Assembly (NCBI GenBank): GCA_013265495.1
Contig: MU061579.1
Coordinates: 4,054,327 to 4,118,326, forward strand
Length of the DNA stretch: 64,000 nt
DNA from: Vicugna vicugna
Lineage: Eukaryota
Direction: 5' to 3'
Translations under genes and position numbers: made by a program
The notes under the pieces: model-generated
What the model was told of the DNA's origin: nothing
Database searches by the model: none
What the model saw: only the letters and a program-made list of their open reading frames with translations
Part shown: in pieces, positions 13,770 to 24,690 of the stretch
Numbering within the stretch: position 1 is the first letter of the stretch
Layout: every line of letters begins with the position of its first letter

Positions 13770-14195
13770 CAGTGGTCCTATTTCCTCATCTCCACATTTC
13801 CACTCTTACACAAATCCTGTTGATTTGACCATAAAAACATATTCCTGAAGAGCGATAAGACAAAATTTATACTCAAACAGTTACAGCCACAGCCTACACT
13901 GTAACCCCTATACTGCACTGTCTTGTAAAACATCTTTGGAATTTATCTAGAATTGAATAGAGTAACTTTCAGCCTCTTCCTATGACATATAAAGGCCTAC
14001 ATAAACTTCCTGCCTCCATCCTATCCCATTTATATGACTGCCACTACTCTTTCACAAGCCTTCAATCATACCAGTCTTCCTTTGAATTCCTTGCACTTGC
14101 CAAGGTGATTCTCAACAAACACCTTTTGCTTTTCATTCTCTTCTGCCTGGCTTTTCTCAGCATCCTTCCAGTATTAACTCAGAAAATGATTTCAG
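13770..14195 (+). mobile_element. L2 fragment
   Basis: L2-like text (cacaaatcctgttgatttgacc; atgacatataaaggcctacataaac; ttctcttctgcctggcttttctc). Confidence 0.5.
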
Positions 14196-14199
14196 AAGT

Positions 14200-15282
14200 A
14201 TTTCTTCTGCAATTTTTTGGAATACTTTGAAAAGAATAGATGTTAACTCTTCTCTAATTGTTTGATGCAGTTTACCTGTGACATCAACTGATCCTGGACT
14301 TCTGTTTGTTGGGAGGTCTTTTTTGTTTTTTTGTTTTATTTTGTTTAATTAATGATTTGACTTCATTACTGGTAATTGGTCTGTTAATATTTCCTATTTC
14401 TTCCTGGTTCAACCTTGGGTTATTGTATATTTCTAGGAATTTGTCCATTCTTCTAGACTGTACATTTTATTGGTGTATAATTGTTTGCAATAATCTCTTA
14501 TGATCCTCTGTATTTCTGTGGTATCAGTTGTAACTTCTTTTTCATTTCTGATTTTGTTCATTTGGTCCTTCTTTTTTTCTTGAATACTCTAGCTAAAGTT
14601 TTATCAATTTTGTTGATCATTTCAAAATACCAGCTTTTAATTTTATTGATCTTTTCTTTTTTTGAGTCTCTATTTTATTTATTTCTGTTCTGATCTTTAT
14701 TTAATTCCTTCTTCTAAGTTCAGGTTTTGTTTTTTCCTTCTTTTTCTAGTTCCTTTAGGTATAAGTTTAGGTTGCTTAATTGAGGTTTTTCTTGTTTCCT
14801 GTGATAGGCCTATGTTGCTGTAAGCTTCCCTCTTAGAAGTGCTTTTGCTATGTCCCATAGATTTTGGGTGGTTCTGTCTTTATTTGTTTTCATTTGTTAC
14901 AAGGTTTTTGTGTGTATGTGTGTGTGTGTTTTAGTTTCTTGTTTGATTTCTTCAGTGATCCATTGGTTGTTTAGTAGCATATTGTTTAGCTTCCACATGT
15001 TTATGATTTTTTCTTGTAGTTGATTTCTAGTCTCAAAGTGTTGTGGTCAGAAAAGTTGCTTGATATGATTTCAGTTGTCTTAAATTTAGTCTAACTTGTT
15101 TTGTGGCCTAGAATGTGATCTAGCATGTGATCTATCTTGGAGACTATTCCATGTGCACTTGAAAAGAATGTGTTTTCTGTTGCTTTTGGATGGCATGTTC
15201 TATACAATCTTTTAAGTCAGTTTGGTCAAGTGTGGCATTTAAGGTGGGCATTTACTTATTTATTTTCTGTCAGAATGATCTA
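14200..15282 (-). mobile_element. Older L1 ORF2 internal fragment
   Basis: Colinear with, but diverged from, 800-1830 of the young L1 (tcctggacttctgtttgttgggagg; atgtgcacttgaaaagaatgtg; tttattttctgtcagaatgatct). Confidence 0.9.
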
Positions 15283-15679
15283 AGACCTCAAGTTTTAATA
15301 TGTGAAAAAGACACTGAAGATTCATATATTTCGAAATGCAAATGTTAAATAAGTGTATGAAATAATTTAAATTACAAACTCGTTCCCTTTGGGAATTTAT
15401 ATTATCCTGGTGAGATGTGCAAAAAACATGTAAATAAATAAATCGGTGTCAGCATTGATAAATACATGTATAACAGGTAAGCTAGTAAGAATTGATAAGA
15501 AGAGTTAATTAAAGCACAGTAAGGATGTAGAATGCATAGACATTCACTGAAATCATTGTTAATATTTATTAAGCTTTTATATAAAAGCATGCATCTAAGT
15601 TTTTTACAAAACTGTTGTATTAAACATAAACAGCACTTATGATGAACTATCAAATACCCTAAAATTTTCCTAAAACACA

Positions 15680-15780
15680 TAGAAACTAAGAAATAAAGAG
15701 GTTAAGATACTTGCCCAAGACACACACACCATCAAAACACAAAGTCTGACTCCAAGATATTCAATCACACGCCTTTAAGA
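15680..15780 (-). mobile_element. MIR fragment
   Basis: agaaactaag...agaggttaagatacttgcccaagacacac...gtctgactccaaga. Confidence 0.6.
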
Positions 15781-18436
15781 AATAAGTTACTATCTCAATG
15801 AATATTTTGTACTAACTATTAATGAACAAGTGAGTAAGTGTTTGTATATTTTCTGTTTGGCCAAATTCATCAAATTATATTCAAAATTTAAATTACTTTT
15901 ATTTGCAAACATAAGAAAATCATATCCCTATGACCTAATCTTAATTTTGACCTCAAAGTATGTGAACCCACATTTTTCTGTTAGCATGAACCTCTGGCAG
16001 ATAAGATACTTATTTTCATTTATTTAATTATTCTTCTTAAAATGTTGTGATGAAAATTTTATACCCTAACTACAAAATCATCACAGAAAATATCAAATTA
16101 AGAATTTTTGTTGAAATATTGTATTTATAATTCAGGGTAGAATAAAGCAGAGTCACAAGCACTCCTCAGTTTCTTCAGTGTTTCATTGATTTATTCATTA
16201 GTTTATTCTGTCAGTCATTCATTATGAGAAAGGATTGTGGGATTATGGCTTATAGTGAGAAAAATAGTTGAATTCTATTTTAGAATTTCTTGCCCTCAAA
16301 ATTATAAATTTTTCACATTATAATCAAAGGAAATAGAAAGAAAAAGAAGGTGGAAGGTATACAAATACTGTTACCTTCGGAGATGAGAGGCTTGAGAGGC
16401 TTTTTTTTCCCCCCTTTTCTTGAATATCTAGCTTTTTCTCATACAGCTTTTTCCCCACTAGATCCAGAAACATCTATTTGTGGAAACAAAAGTAGAGAAA
16501 AATTTGGATTGCATCTCTTTGTGTTGGTTTTCACTGCATGAGTAAATACAATGTAAAAATAATAGGGTTATCTGTAAATAAAAAACAGAACAAATAAATA
16601 TGAATTATTTACCTATATCTTGTTCCTATTTTTTATCTTAAATATTATGGATGAGATAAATTCAACATTTCAGATAAATTTATTCCACAAATTTCTAAAT
16701 ATATATATGTGAATATAAATGTATATTCACACCCACACTGTCATAAGAAGTTTTATTTTGTCACATTATAATTATATCATATTTATAATTAAAATGCCTA
16801 ATTATCCCAATTTTTTATAAAACAACTGTCAAGTGCATCAGATATATCCAGAATAAAAAGTCGCATTGCTTCCAATCTGATGTATGGCCAGGCTTAAAAA
16901 AGAAGCCTTTCACAATACAGAAAAGCAATGTGATGATTTTATGTACTTTGGGGTTGTGAGGTTGAATTTATTAAAAGGATTAAAGATCTCTGTTTTCCAT
17001 TATTTTTCTATGTTAATAAATAAATTCTACTCCAATAAGCTGTGTTTTTTTCTGCTAAATATTCAGTATGTTCAAATGGAACCTAATAGCAATTACTGAC
17101 CTTTGTATCTTACTAAAAAAAACTATTAAAAGTAATGAATTCAGATTTTTGGTAAATGCTTTTGTTTTCTGATTTTTCTTATAAGAAGTATATGTTAATA
17201 TTGAACTATAAATACAGATGTCAAATAAGCAGGACTTCTTCTTTCTTGTTTTAATTTCAAGCACTTTCATTTATTATCCCACATACTTTTCTTATCCTAC
17301 TTTTGACCCAATAGTTCAGGGGGGATTCATGAATATGTATTTGAGTGTAATAAGGGTCAAGTTGAAGCAAGGTAATGAACCAGCACTCCTTTGTCCTCAC
17401 TTTTCTCTGTAGGAGTTGATCATTTCTTAATGTGGCACTTTACATAATATATGGAGGGCAAGGGTGCCTTCTGCCTCCCACTCGCCCTCCCCTGGAGGTG
17501 CAAAGGCAGGGTGCTGCCTTATCAAAATCATCTCTGTCTGTAAACGCTTTCCATTGCATCTGAACAAACAAGAGCAAATAAAATCATTGGTATGCATGCT
17601 GAAAACATTTTTCTTATTCATTATGTGATGTTTAGGTTTACTCAGGTCGTATCTGGTATTTAGTTGTGAGATCACAAATCACAATTCCTGGAGAACTCTG
17701 TGTGAACAAGTTTTTTGATTTTTGGTTTTTGTTTCTGTGAGTTTTTTTTGGAACATAATTGCTGCCCTTAACAGAGTATGTGCTATCAGGAAAAGAAGCT
17801 GAATTCTACCCAGATTCTTTTGTTAGGATTTGGTTCAACTATCCCCAAAAGTTCTATTCAGGTGTTTCAGTCTGAACTAGTTATTCTATATAGGAGATCA
17901 CATAACAAGGACTTTTGCCCTGAGCTTCAAAATCTAGTCTACAGTAGCACATAGACACCCAGCTGGTCCAGTACAACAACGAATATATTAAGCTGCTAAT
18001 CACTCCTTCAAAAAGTAAAACAAATATATTCAGTTTTAGTGTGGAAGCAGAACAGCTATTAAAACAAATTTTCTGACTTAATACTTGTTTGTTTTAATGG
18101 AGAATATTAATATTCAGATGGGATAAATGGAGTGAACTGATCCTCACTTACATTATTCAATTTAATTTTAAATATATAATTAGTTTTCATTGTGACTCTA
18201 AAATGGTGATTTTTTTTTTACATAGAGAGTGTTGTCTTTATAACTTAAATGTTTTAGCCTTATGAAAAACCCAGAAAGTTTATTTCCAATGTTTTATGAC
18301 CCCTTCTCAATTTACAGATAGTTTCTCTGATACCGGAAAGTTCTACTGAAAATTTTCACCTGCATACAAGTGAAAACTATGAATTATATATCACTAAAAA
18401 TACCCCGATATTTTGGAAGAGCTTAAAATAACATAG

Positions 18437-18543
18437 TAGCCGTCAAGTGCAGGTTTCTCATCTTTGGATTGAAACATATTTAGTTCTGTGGTTGTTTAAA
18501 TCCACGGTTGTAGAACCTGAGGATACAGAGAGTCAACTCTGTA
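18437..18543. mobile_element. Short Tigger/MER2-like remnant
   Basis: ggttgtttaaatccacggttgtagaacctgaggatacagagagtcaactctgTA resembles Tigger-family termini and the element at 13060. Confidence 0.5.
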
Positions 18544-21128
18544 TGTTTAGATTTTTTTTAACCTTTAACAACTTGTTTAATTTTAAGAAGGATGGTTTTC
18601 CATTAGATTGTTAAGGAAAAAAGATTATATATGGTAAAGCTAAAATGACAATAACCCTAGTATAAATAAGTGGTTTGTGGAAGTACAATTACTAGTTTTA
18701 AACTTTGCTCTTATTTATTTTATGGTACATTAAGATTCTACCTTTTTGTTGCCATAGTTACAGACCTTAGTGGAATAATTTAACAAAGTTAAGTCTGACT
18801 GGACAGTGTTCCCAAACCATTACTTGTCCAAACATTTGTTGCCTACAGTTTTCATTTAAACCCCTCCTTCTTTCATGTATAATTTTGTTCTAAACTTTCA
18901 GTGCCTCAGAAATGTATTGTATTATGAATAAAAGGAAATTGTTGAGGGCAGGAGAAGGTCAACAATATTTCTTTAAGATGTGCCTTGCAATAGTAGGAAA
19001 AAACTCCAATTATTTTAAGTGGAGGAAATGTCAATGTTCTTTTAGTTCATTGAGTCAGGCCCCATTTAGTTAGTGTTTTGTCTCAGAAAGAATATGTACC
19101 CAAACTGCAAGCAGATGCCAGCTACATTTTTGCATTTATATGCATATTTTATTAATTCAGGGCTTCTATCATAAGAATCTAAATTTTACATGCAAAAAAG
19201 CACATGTTTTATGAAATTATAAGAGCAATTCTTAGAAATAAAGTTTTCTTATATTTAAGCAAATATCTGTCTGACATTCCATGATACTTTACTAAAATGG
19301 TAATTAGAAAGAAATCCATTGCACTTTGACTGTGCAAGTGAGATTTCCAGCACCTCATGTAGAAAATTCTGATAGACCAACTTGTCTAGCACACTGAAGT
19401 GTTCCTTGTTATGTAGCTGTGGATACTTTCCAGTATATTTGGACTGGAGCACAGATGAGGCTGACAGTATGTAAGAGGAACATGGATCAGAAACTCAGAC
19501 TGAAGTATTTTGAGTCTAGACTTCATTTCTTATACCAAATTGTCTTTTAGGAATCCAACCCCCCCACAACTTACTGTATGTTCTTTGTCCAAGACGTAGA
19601 ACTCTTAATTTTTAACAATGAAAATATTTGCAACTTAGAGCTAAATTAGAATTATCTCCATGAACCAAACTTTAATTTAACATAAAATGATCATTTGTTT
19701 TGGCATTTAACAGCATTTTTTATTATTCTTATATTCATTATCTATTTTTTAATTGTAGTAATTTTGTGTGTTTGTCATTTCTACAACTAAATTATAAACT
19801 CTTTGATAACAATTATGTATAGTTTATTTTTATTTCTCTTAAATGAATACTAATACTGTTGTTCATGTTAAAGTATCAACATTCCACTAATATTTTGTGA
19901 ATGAATGAATGAATGAATAACATTTATAAGCAGAATATTTAAATACTGTAAATAAAACATCTAGTCAGCAAATGGCTGTATGATCACGTTAATCAGTTCT
20001 GACTAGGTATAAAGCATAAAACAATATGGAATACATATAGGGCAAAAAATAGAAGCAGTACAGAACAGGACTGAAGAGAGTTGATTATAGCAATCAGGCA
20101 GATGGGCTGAAGCAGGCCAGGGCCACAGGAGCAGCAGCTGCAGCAGGAGAAATGGTCAGAAACGGTCACAGCCCCAAACAAAGAGCAACATGACAGAAAG
20201 ACTGGCCAGTGGCAGCAGGGAGAAAAAAACTGCATATATATATATATATATGTAGTGGTAAGAAAGAGTACCATATTGGGTGACACTCTCATCCAAGAGA
20301 AAGTAATATAAGCAGAAGCACATTCAGTACATTCTAGAAATCAAGGCCTAAAGGCCCTCATTGTACAGATGAAAAAGACAGAAAAACACATTTTAAAAAA
20401 AAAGTATATAGCTACTAAAGAATAAAGAGCCATATAGGCATTCATGCTTCTAAATGAAAGAAGTTTGACCGTTTAAAAGATTACATTCCCTATATTTAAA
20501 ATTGGGCTGAAAACAGTGGATTACTGAAACAGCATAATATCAATACTCTCCCTGTCTATCTCCTTTCCTTCCTTCCTTCCTTTCTCTTCTTGTTTTTTAT
20601 TCTATAAATCTGTTTTTCTTTTCCTTCTTTGTAAACCAGTCTCTCAAGAGGAAAACACACAATTCCTAACTTAATTTAAGCAAAAGCGTTTTTTCTTTTT
20701 TCTTTTTCCTTCCCTTTTCTCCTTTCTCTCTCCCCCAGCTGCATGTCTTATTAGAAGATATTCTATGGATTTTTAAATTGTGTACCTTACAGATGAATTT
20801 GGTAGCATATTGGCAATTGTGAGTGTTAATAAACATTTTGTAAACCTTCCTTTCCTGAGGCATAATAACTGTGTGGCATTAAAACTGAAGAATGTATTCT
20901 CAAGGGCAAATAGCAAGTAATTAATTTAATTTTGCTTAATTGGAAAATTAAATTAAATGTAACTACTGATCCCAAGGGTAAGAAAGTTGAAGTAGCCTAA
21001 TGTAGTCATCAAAATATTGGAGTACCCAACACATTAGCACTTTCATATAAAGATGCTTTTTTTCTTCCCTAGTGTTTACGATTTGTTATAAACCATATTC
21101 TAAATTATTTTTCAATATTCCTATTCCA

Positions 21129-21568
21129 TGTAGTAGGCTGAATAATGCCTCCCCCCAATCTTTGCCTCATCACCAGTAACTGTGAATGTTACTTTACATG
21201 GCAAGGGAGAATTAAGATGAAATTAGATGAAATTTAGTTGTTAATCAGCAGACCTTAAAATAAGCAGATTATCCAGGTGAATACAGTGTAATGAAAAGGT
21301 TTTTAAAAGTGGAACAGAGTGGCAGAAGTCAGAGTAATGCAAAGTGAGAAGAGATTGAGTACTGGCTTTGAAGATGGAAGAGAGTGACAAGCCTAGGAAT
21401 ACAGGCAGCCTCTGTAATGGAAGAAGGAAGGGAACAAATTCTCCTTTAGAGCCTCCAGAAGGAGTACAGCCTTGCTGAGATCTTGATTTTAGCCAATGAG
21501 ACCAGTTTGGAACATCTGACCTCCACAATTGCAAGATCATAAGTTGCATTAAGTTACTACTAGTTGTT
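21129..21568 (+). mobile_element. MaLR solo LTR (MLT1D-like), main part; interrupted near its 3' end
   Basis: TG start tgtagtaggctgaataatg; gtgaatgttactttacatggcaagggag; ctggctttgaagatggaag; ttctcctttagagcctccagaagg; tctgacctccacaattgcaagat. Confidence 0.88.
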
Positions 21569-21592
21569 TTTTTTTTGAAACATATTTTATGT

Positions 21593-21598
21593 TTTATT
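21593..21598 (-). terminator. Polyadenylation signal of the retro-inserted RNA
   Basis: The plus strand reads TTTATT (= AATAAA on minus), 16 nt before the poly(A) remnant that abuts the TSD. Confidence 0.7.
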
Positions 21599-22814
21599 TT
21601 TTAAGATTTTTTTAACTATTTTTAAAACTTTGTATCACTGAATTTAAAATTTTAACAGGAATTTTTGTTCATCACTAACCAAGATTCAACTCTAGGACCA
21701 AAATCTGAGGATTTCTGTCTTCTAAAAAATTGTCCACTAGCCTTTTAAACACATAATCCTTTTAAAAAGCTTAGTACTGTGCTGAAAATAAGCAGGATTC
21801 ATATAATCTCACGAAACACAGTGAATGTGGAAAGACTAAGGAAGAAAAAAGGCCATTCTTAGCGTCTTGAACTTTACGTTGCTCACAGGAGAAAATGTTA
21901 GCCAAGGTGAGTGTCACATCAACATGACCACTAAGTGAGATGGGGAAGCTGATCTGCCTTATCAGACATTTATGCTGATTTGTTAGATGCCAGAACAGTT
22001 TCCTCATTGGATTTGCTTCTAATAAGTATGGAAGAATTTAGGTTCTACCAAAAGCAGGCTAAACATTTTCCCCTGCTGTCAGGTCTCTGGACTGAATGTC
22101 CCCACAAGAAGGACATGATTATCTTTCATAGGGAAGTCTTCCTGAGAAGCAACAGGCTTTTCCAAGGCAGAACTGCAGGTCCCCCCATGGAGGGCTGGAG
22201 GAGGGCTAGAGGGGACACAGGAAAAACAGCAGGAGTGAGTTCAGATACTGCTGCTCAGGTCGCCAAAGACAGCGTTACTTTCTCTAAGGATATGACATTC
22301 TCCCAAAAGTTCTATGAGTGAAGGAGCCTGTGAACACTAAGCATGTTGTTAAGACACAGCAGCACATAATTTGCGTGACAACACAATTAGAGTATGATTT
22401 GATATTTGGAAAATAATTAGCCCATTGTTCTTTGAAACTGCAGCAGTTGCAATAGAAATAAAAAAGACTGAGCCATCTTGGAGACAACAATCAATAAACA
22501 ATTCTAAATCTGTAGGATTCCTTGACAATATGCAAGCAATGAGCTAGATGTGTGCTGCAGATACCTCTTGCTGCAGGGCTCACTCCTGCAAAGCATAGAA
22601 TTAATTTCTCAGCAGACAGAGGGAACCAAGTCAAGATTCCTAATCTTTTGAGATTTACTATATGGCTGGAAAGATCAGAGAAGTACATACAGCCAAATGT
22701 GAATAAAGGTAATCAAATAATGTCAAATGTGATTGGAGCACAGACAAAAGAGAAATTCCTTTCATCTGGGATCTAGAGAGACTTCTTCAGAAAATGTGGC
22801 TTTGGAGATGGCCA

Positions 22815-22989
22815 NNNNNNNNNNNNNNNNNNNNNNNNNNNNNNNNNNNNNNNNNNNNNNNNNNNNNNNNNNNNNNNNNNNNNNNNNNNNNNNNNNNNNN
22901 NNNNNNNNNNNNNNNNNNNNNNNNNNNNNNNNNNNNNNNNNNNNNNNNNNNNNNNNNNNNNNNNNNNNNNNNNNNNNNNNNNNNNNNNN
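22815..22989. other. Assembly gap (175 N)
   Basis: Run of n characters. Confidence 1.
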
Positions 22990-24307
22990 TTGATTCTCAA
23001 ATGCAGTGGAGAAAGGATCTTTTCAACATGTAGTGCTGGAACAATTAGATAGTGATAGGCAAAAAAAATAAATGAACTTTGATCCACACCTCACAAAATA
23101 TACAATATTTAATTTAAAATGGATCATAGATCTTAATAGGAAATCTAAAACTATAAAACAGTGAGGAGAAAAAGCATAGGCTGAAGCTTTATGACCTTGG
23201 GTTTGGCAAATATTTCTTTGTTATGACACCAAAAGTATAATGTATTTTAAAAAGTAACTGGTAGAGTGAACTTTATCAACATGAAGACTCTTCAAAGTTC
23301 TTCTAAACACTGCTAAGCAAATGAAAAGACAAGCCATAGACAGAAGCTATTTGCAGATCATATATCTGATAAAGGTCTCTCTTTGTATCTGATCCAGAAT
23401 AAAGAGGTCTCAAAATTCAATAATAATGCAAACACCTGAATGAATGAATGAGGCCAGGAAACACACTTCAGTAAAGATATCCAGATGGATAATAAGCAGA
23501 TGAAAAGATGCTAATTAAAGATGTCATTAGTCATTAGATAAATGCTTTTAAATACCACAGTGAGATACTAGTTCACATACATACTAGAATGAATACGATT
23601 AGAAAGACCGACCTTACAAATTGCTGGCAAGGAAGTAGAGCAACCAGAACTGATACACACCACGAGGAATTTATAATAGTACAACCATTTTGGAAAAGTC
23701 TTTAACACTTTCTTTAAGAAATTTAAACACCTATCTACCATATAACCCAGACATTCCTCATCTGGTGCTTTAGAAAAGAAAAGCATATATCCATACAAAG
23801 ACTTGTAACCAAATATTCACTGAAAATTTATTTATAATAGCTCAAGTTGTAAATAACCCATGCATCCATCAAGAAGTAAACGCAGAAAGAAATGATGGTC
23901 TATCCAAACACTGCTCACAATAAACTATTCAGTAAAACTCAGCACTAAACAATACTCTGCTATAAGACAAATAAGCTATTAATACAGCAACACAGATGAC
24001 TCTCAAAATAATTACACTGAATGAAGGAAGTCAGACAACATAGAGTAGATACTGCATGAATCCATTCATATAAGGATCTTGAAAATGCAAACCAATATGT
24101 TGTGATAGAAAGCAGATCAATGGTTTCCAGGGGAAGAGATGGGGAGGGAAGGAGGGACAACAAAAGGCAGGAGAGAAGCTTTGGGGTGATGGGTATGTTC
24201 ACTGTCTTGAGTGTGGTCATGGTTTCTTGGGGATATACTTACATCAAAACGTATTAAGCTGTACACTTCAAACGTGTGAAAATTATTTTGCCAAGTATAC
24301 CTCGAAT
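22990..24307 (+). mobile_element. Ancient L1M (L1MC/MD-like) ORF2 end + 3'UTR, carried inside the insertion; lacks its own A-tail
   Basis: cagtggagaaaggatcttttcaacatgtagtgctggaacaatt; aaaatggatcatagatct; gtacaaccattttggaaaa; gaaagcagatcaatggtttccaggg; tgtacacttcaaacgtgtg...tatacctcgaat. Confidence 0.88.
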
Positions 24308-24580
24308 CTGGAGACCCGCGTCCCGCCTCTAGGGCAGAAGAAGCCTCCCCTGGCTCCCCGCCCGGGAGAGCGGAGCGAATTGACCGGCTTCCCTGCGGCA
24401 GCCCCCCTCCTCCCGTGGGCCCCGGAGCTTAATGACACCGCCTCCGCTCCCCACTCAGCAAGCTGAGGGGGCAGGCGTGTCCGGCTACCTGGGGAAGCAG
24501 AGGCCGCTCCCAGGCCCGGCAGCCGGGACAAGGCAGCTATTCCACCAATTTGCCAGGGGCAGCCCCGCTCCACCCCTCTC
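24308..24580. other. CpG-island-like GC-rich block (imported cargo)
   Basis: 273 bp, strongly GC-rich, about 19 CpGs by manual count, with GC-box-like motifs (CCCCGCCC, TCCCGCCT) and abrupt borders with AT-rich flanks. Confidence 0.75.
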
Positions 24581-24638
24581 TTTTTAAGATTTTTTAATTG
24601 AGTTATAGTCATTTTACAAGGTTGTGTCAAATTCCAGT
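24581..24638 (-). mobile_element. Extreme 3' stub of young L1 plus A-rich tail
   Basis: 24597-24638 matches 50061-50102 (3' terminus of the L1 at 50 kb) at 38/42 positions. A T-rich tail lies at 24581-24595. Confidence 0.88.
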
Positions 24639-24656
24639 AAGTTACTACTAATTGTT

Positions 24657-24690
24657 GTAGCAATTTGTTACAACCATAGAAACCTAGCAT
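24657..24690 (+). mobile_element. Displaced 3' terminus of the MLT1 LTR that starts at 21129
   Basis: gtagcaatttgttacaaccatagaaacctagca matches the MLT1 end (gtggtaatttgttacagcagcaatagaaaactaataca as recalled). Confidence 0.8.

Larger units (their letters stand above)
21550..24656 (-). mobile_element. TSD-flanked composite retro-insertion (L1 3' stub + non-L1 cargo + poly(A)); L1 3' transduction or chimeric retrocopy
   Basis: TSD TAAGTTACTACTAGTTGTT (21550-21568) / TAAGTTACTACTAATTGTT (24638-24656). T10 tail at 21567-21576. Minus-strand AATAAA at 21593-21598. L1 stub at 24597-24638. The insertion splits an MLT1 LTR. Confidence 0.85.

Noticed and set aside
11932..15282. Opposite-orientation L1 fragments as one twin-primed (5'-inverted) insertion
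   Set aside because: The inverted piece lies downstream of the A-tail and ~1.3 kb away, with other repeats between; the geometry is wrong for twin priming.
21597..21615. TTTTTAAGATTTTTT(T)AA motif near both ends of the insertion (also 24581-24597)
   Set aside because: Low-complexity T-rich sequence; it cannot be told from chance, and the real TSD lies outside it.
22733..23087. ORFs containing X runs
   Set aside because: Artefacts of translating through the N gap.
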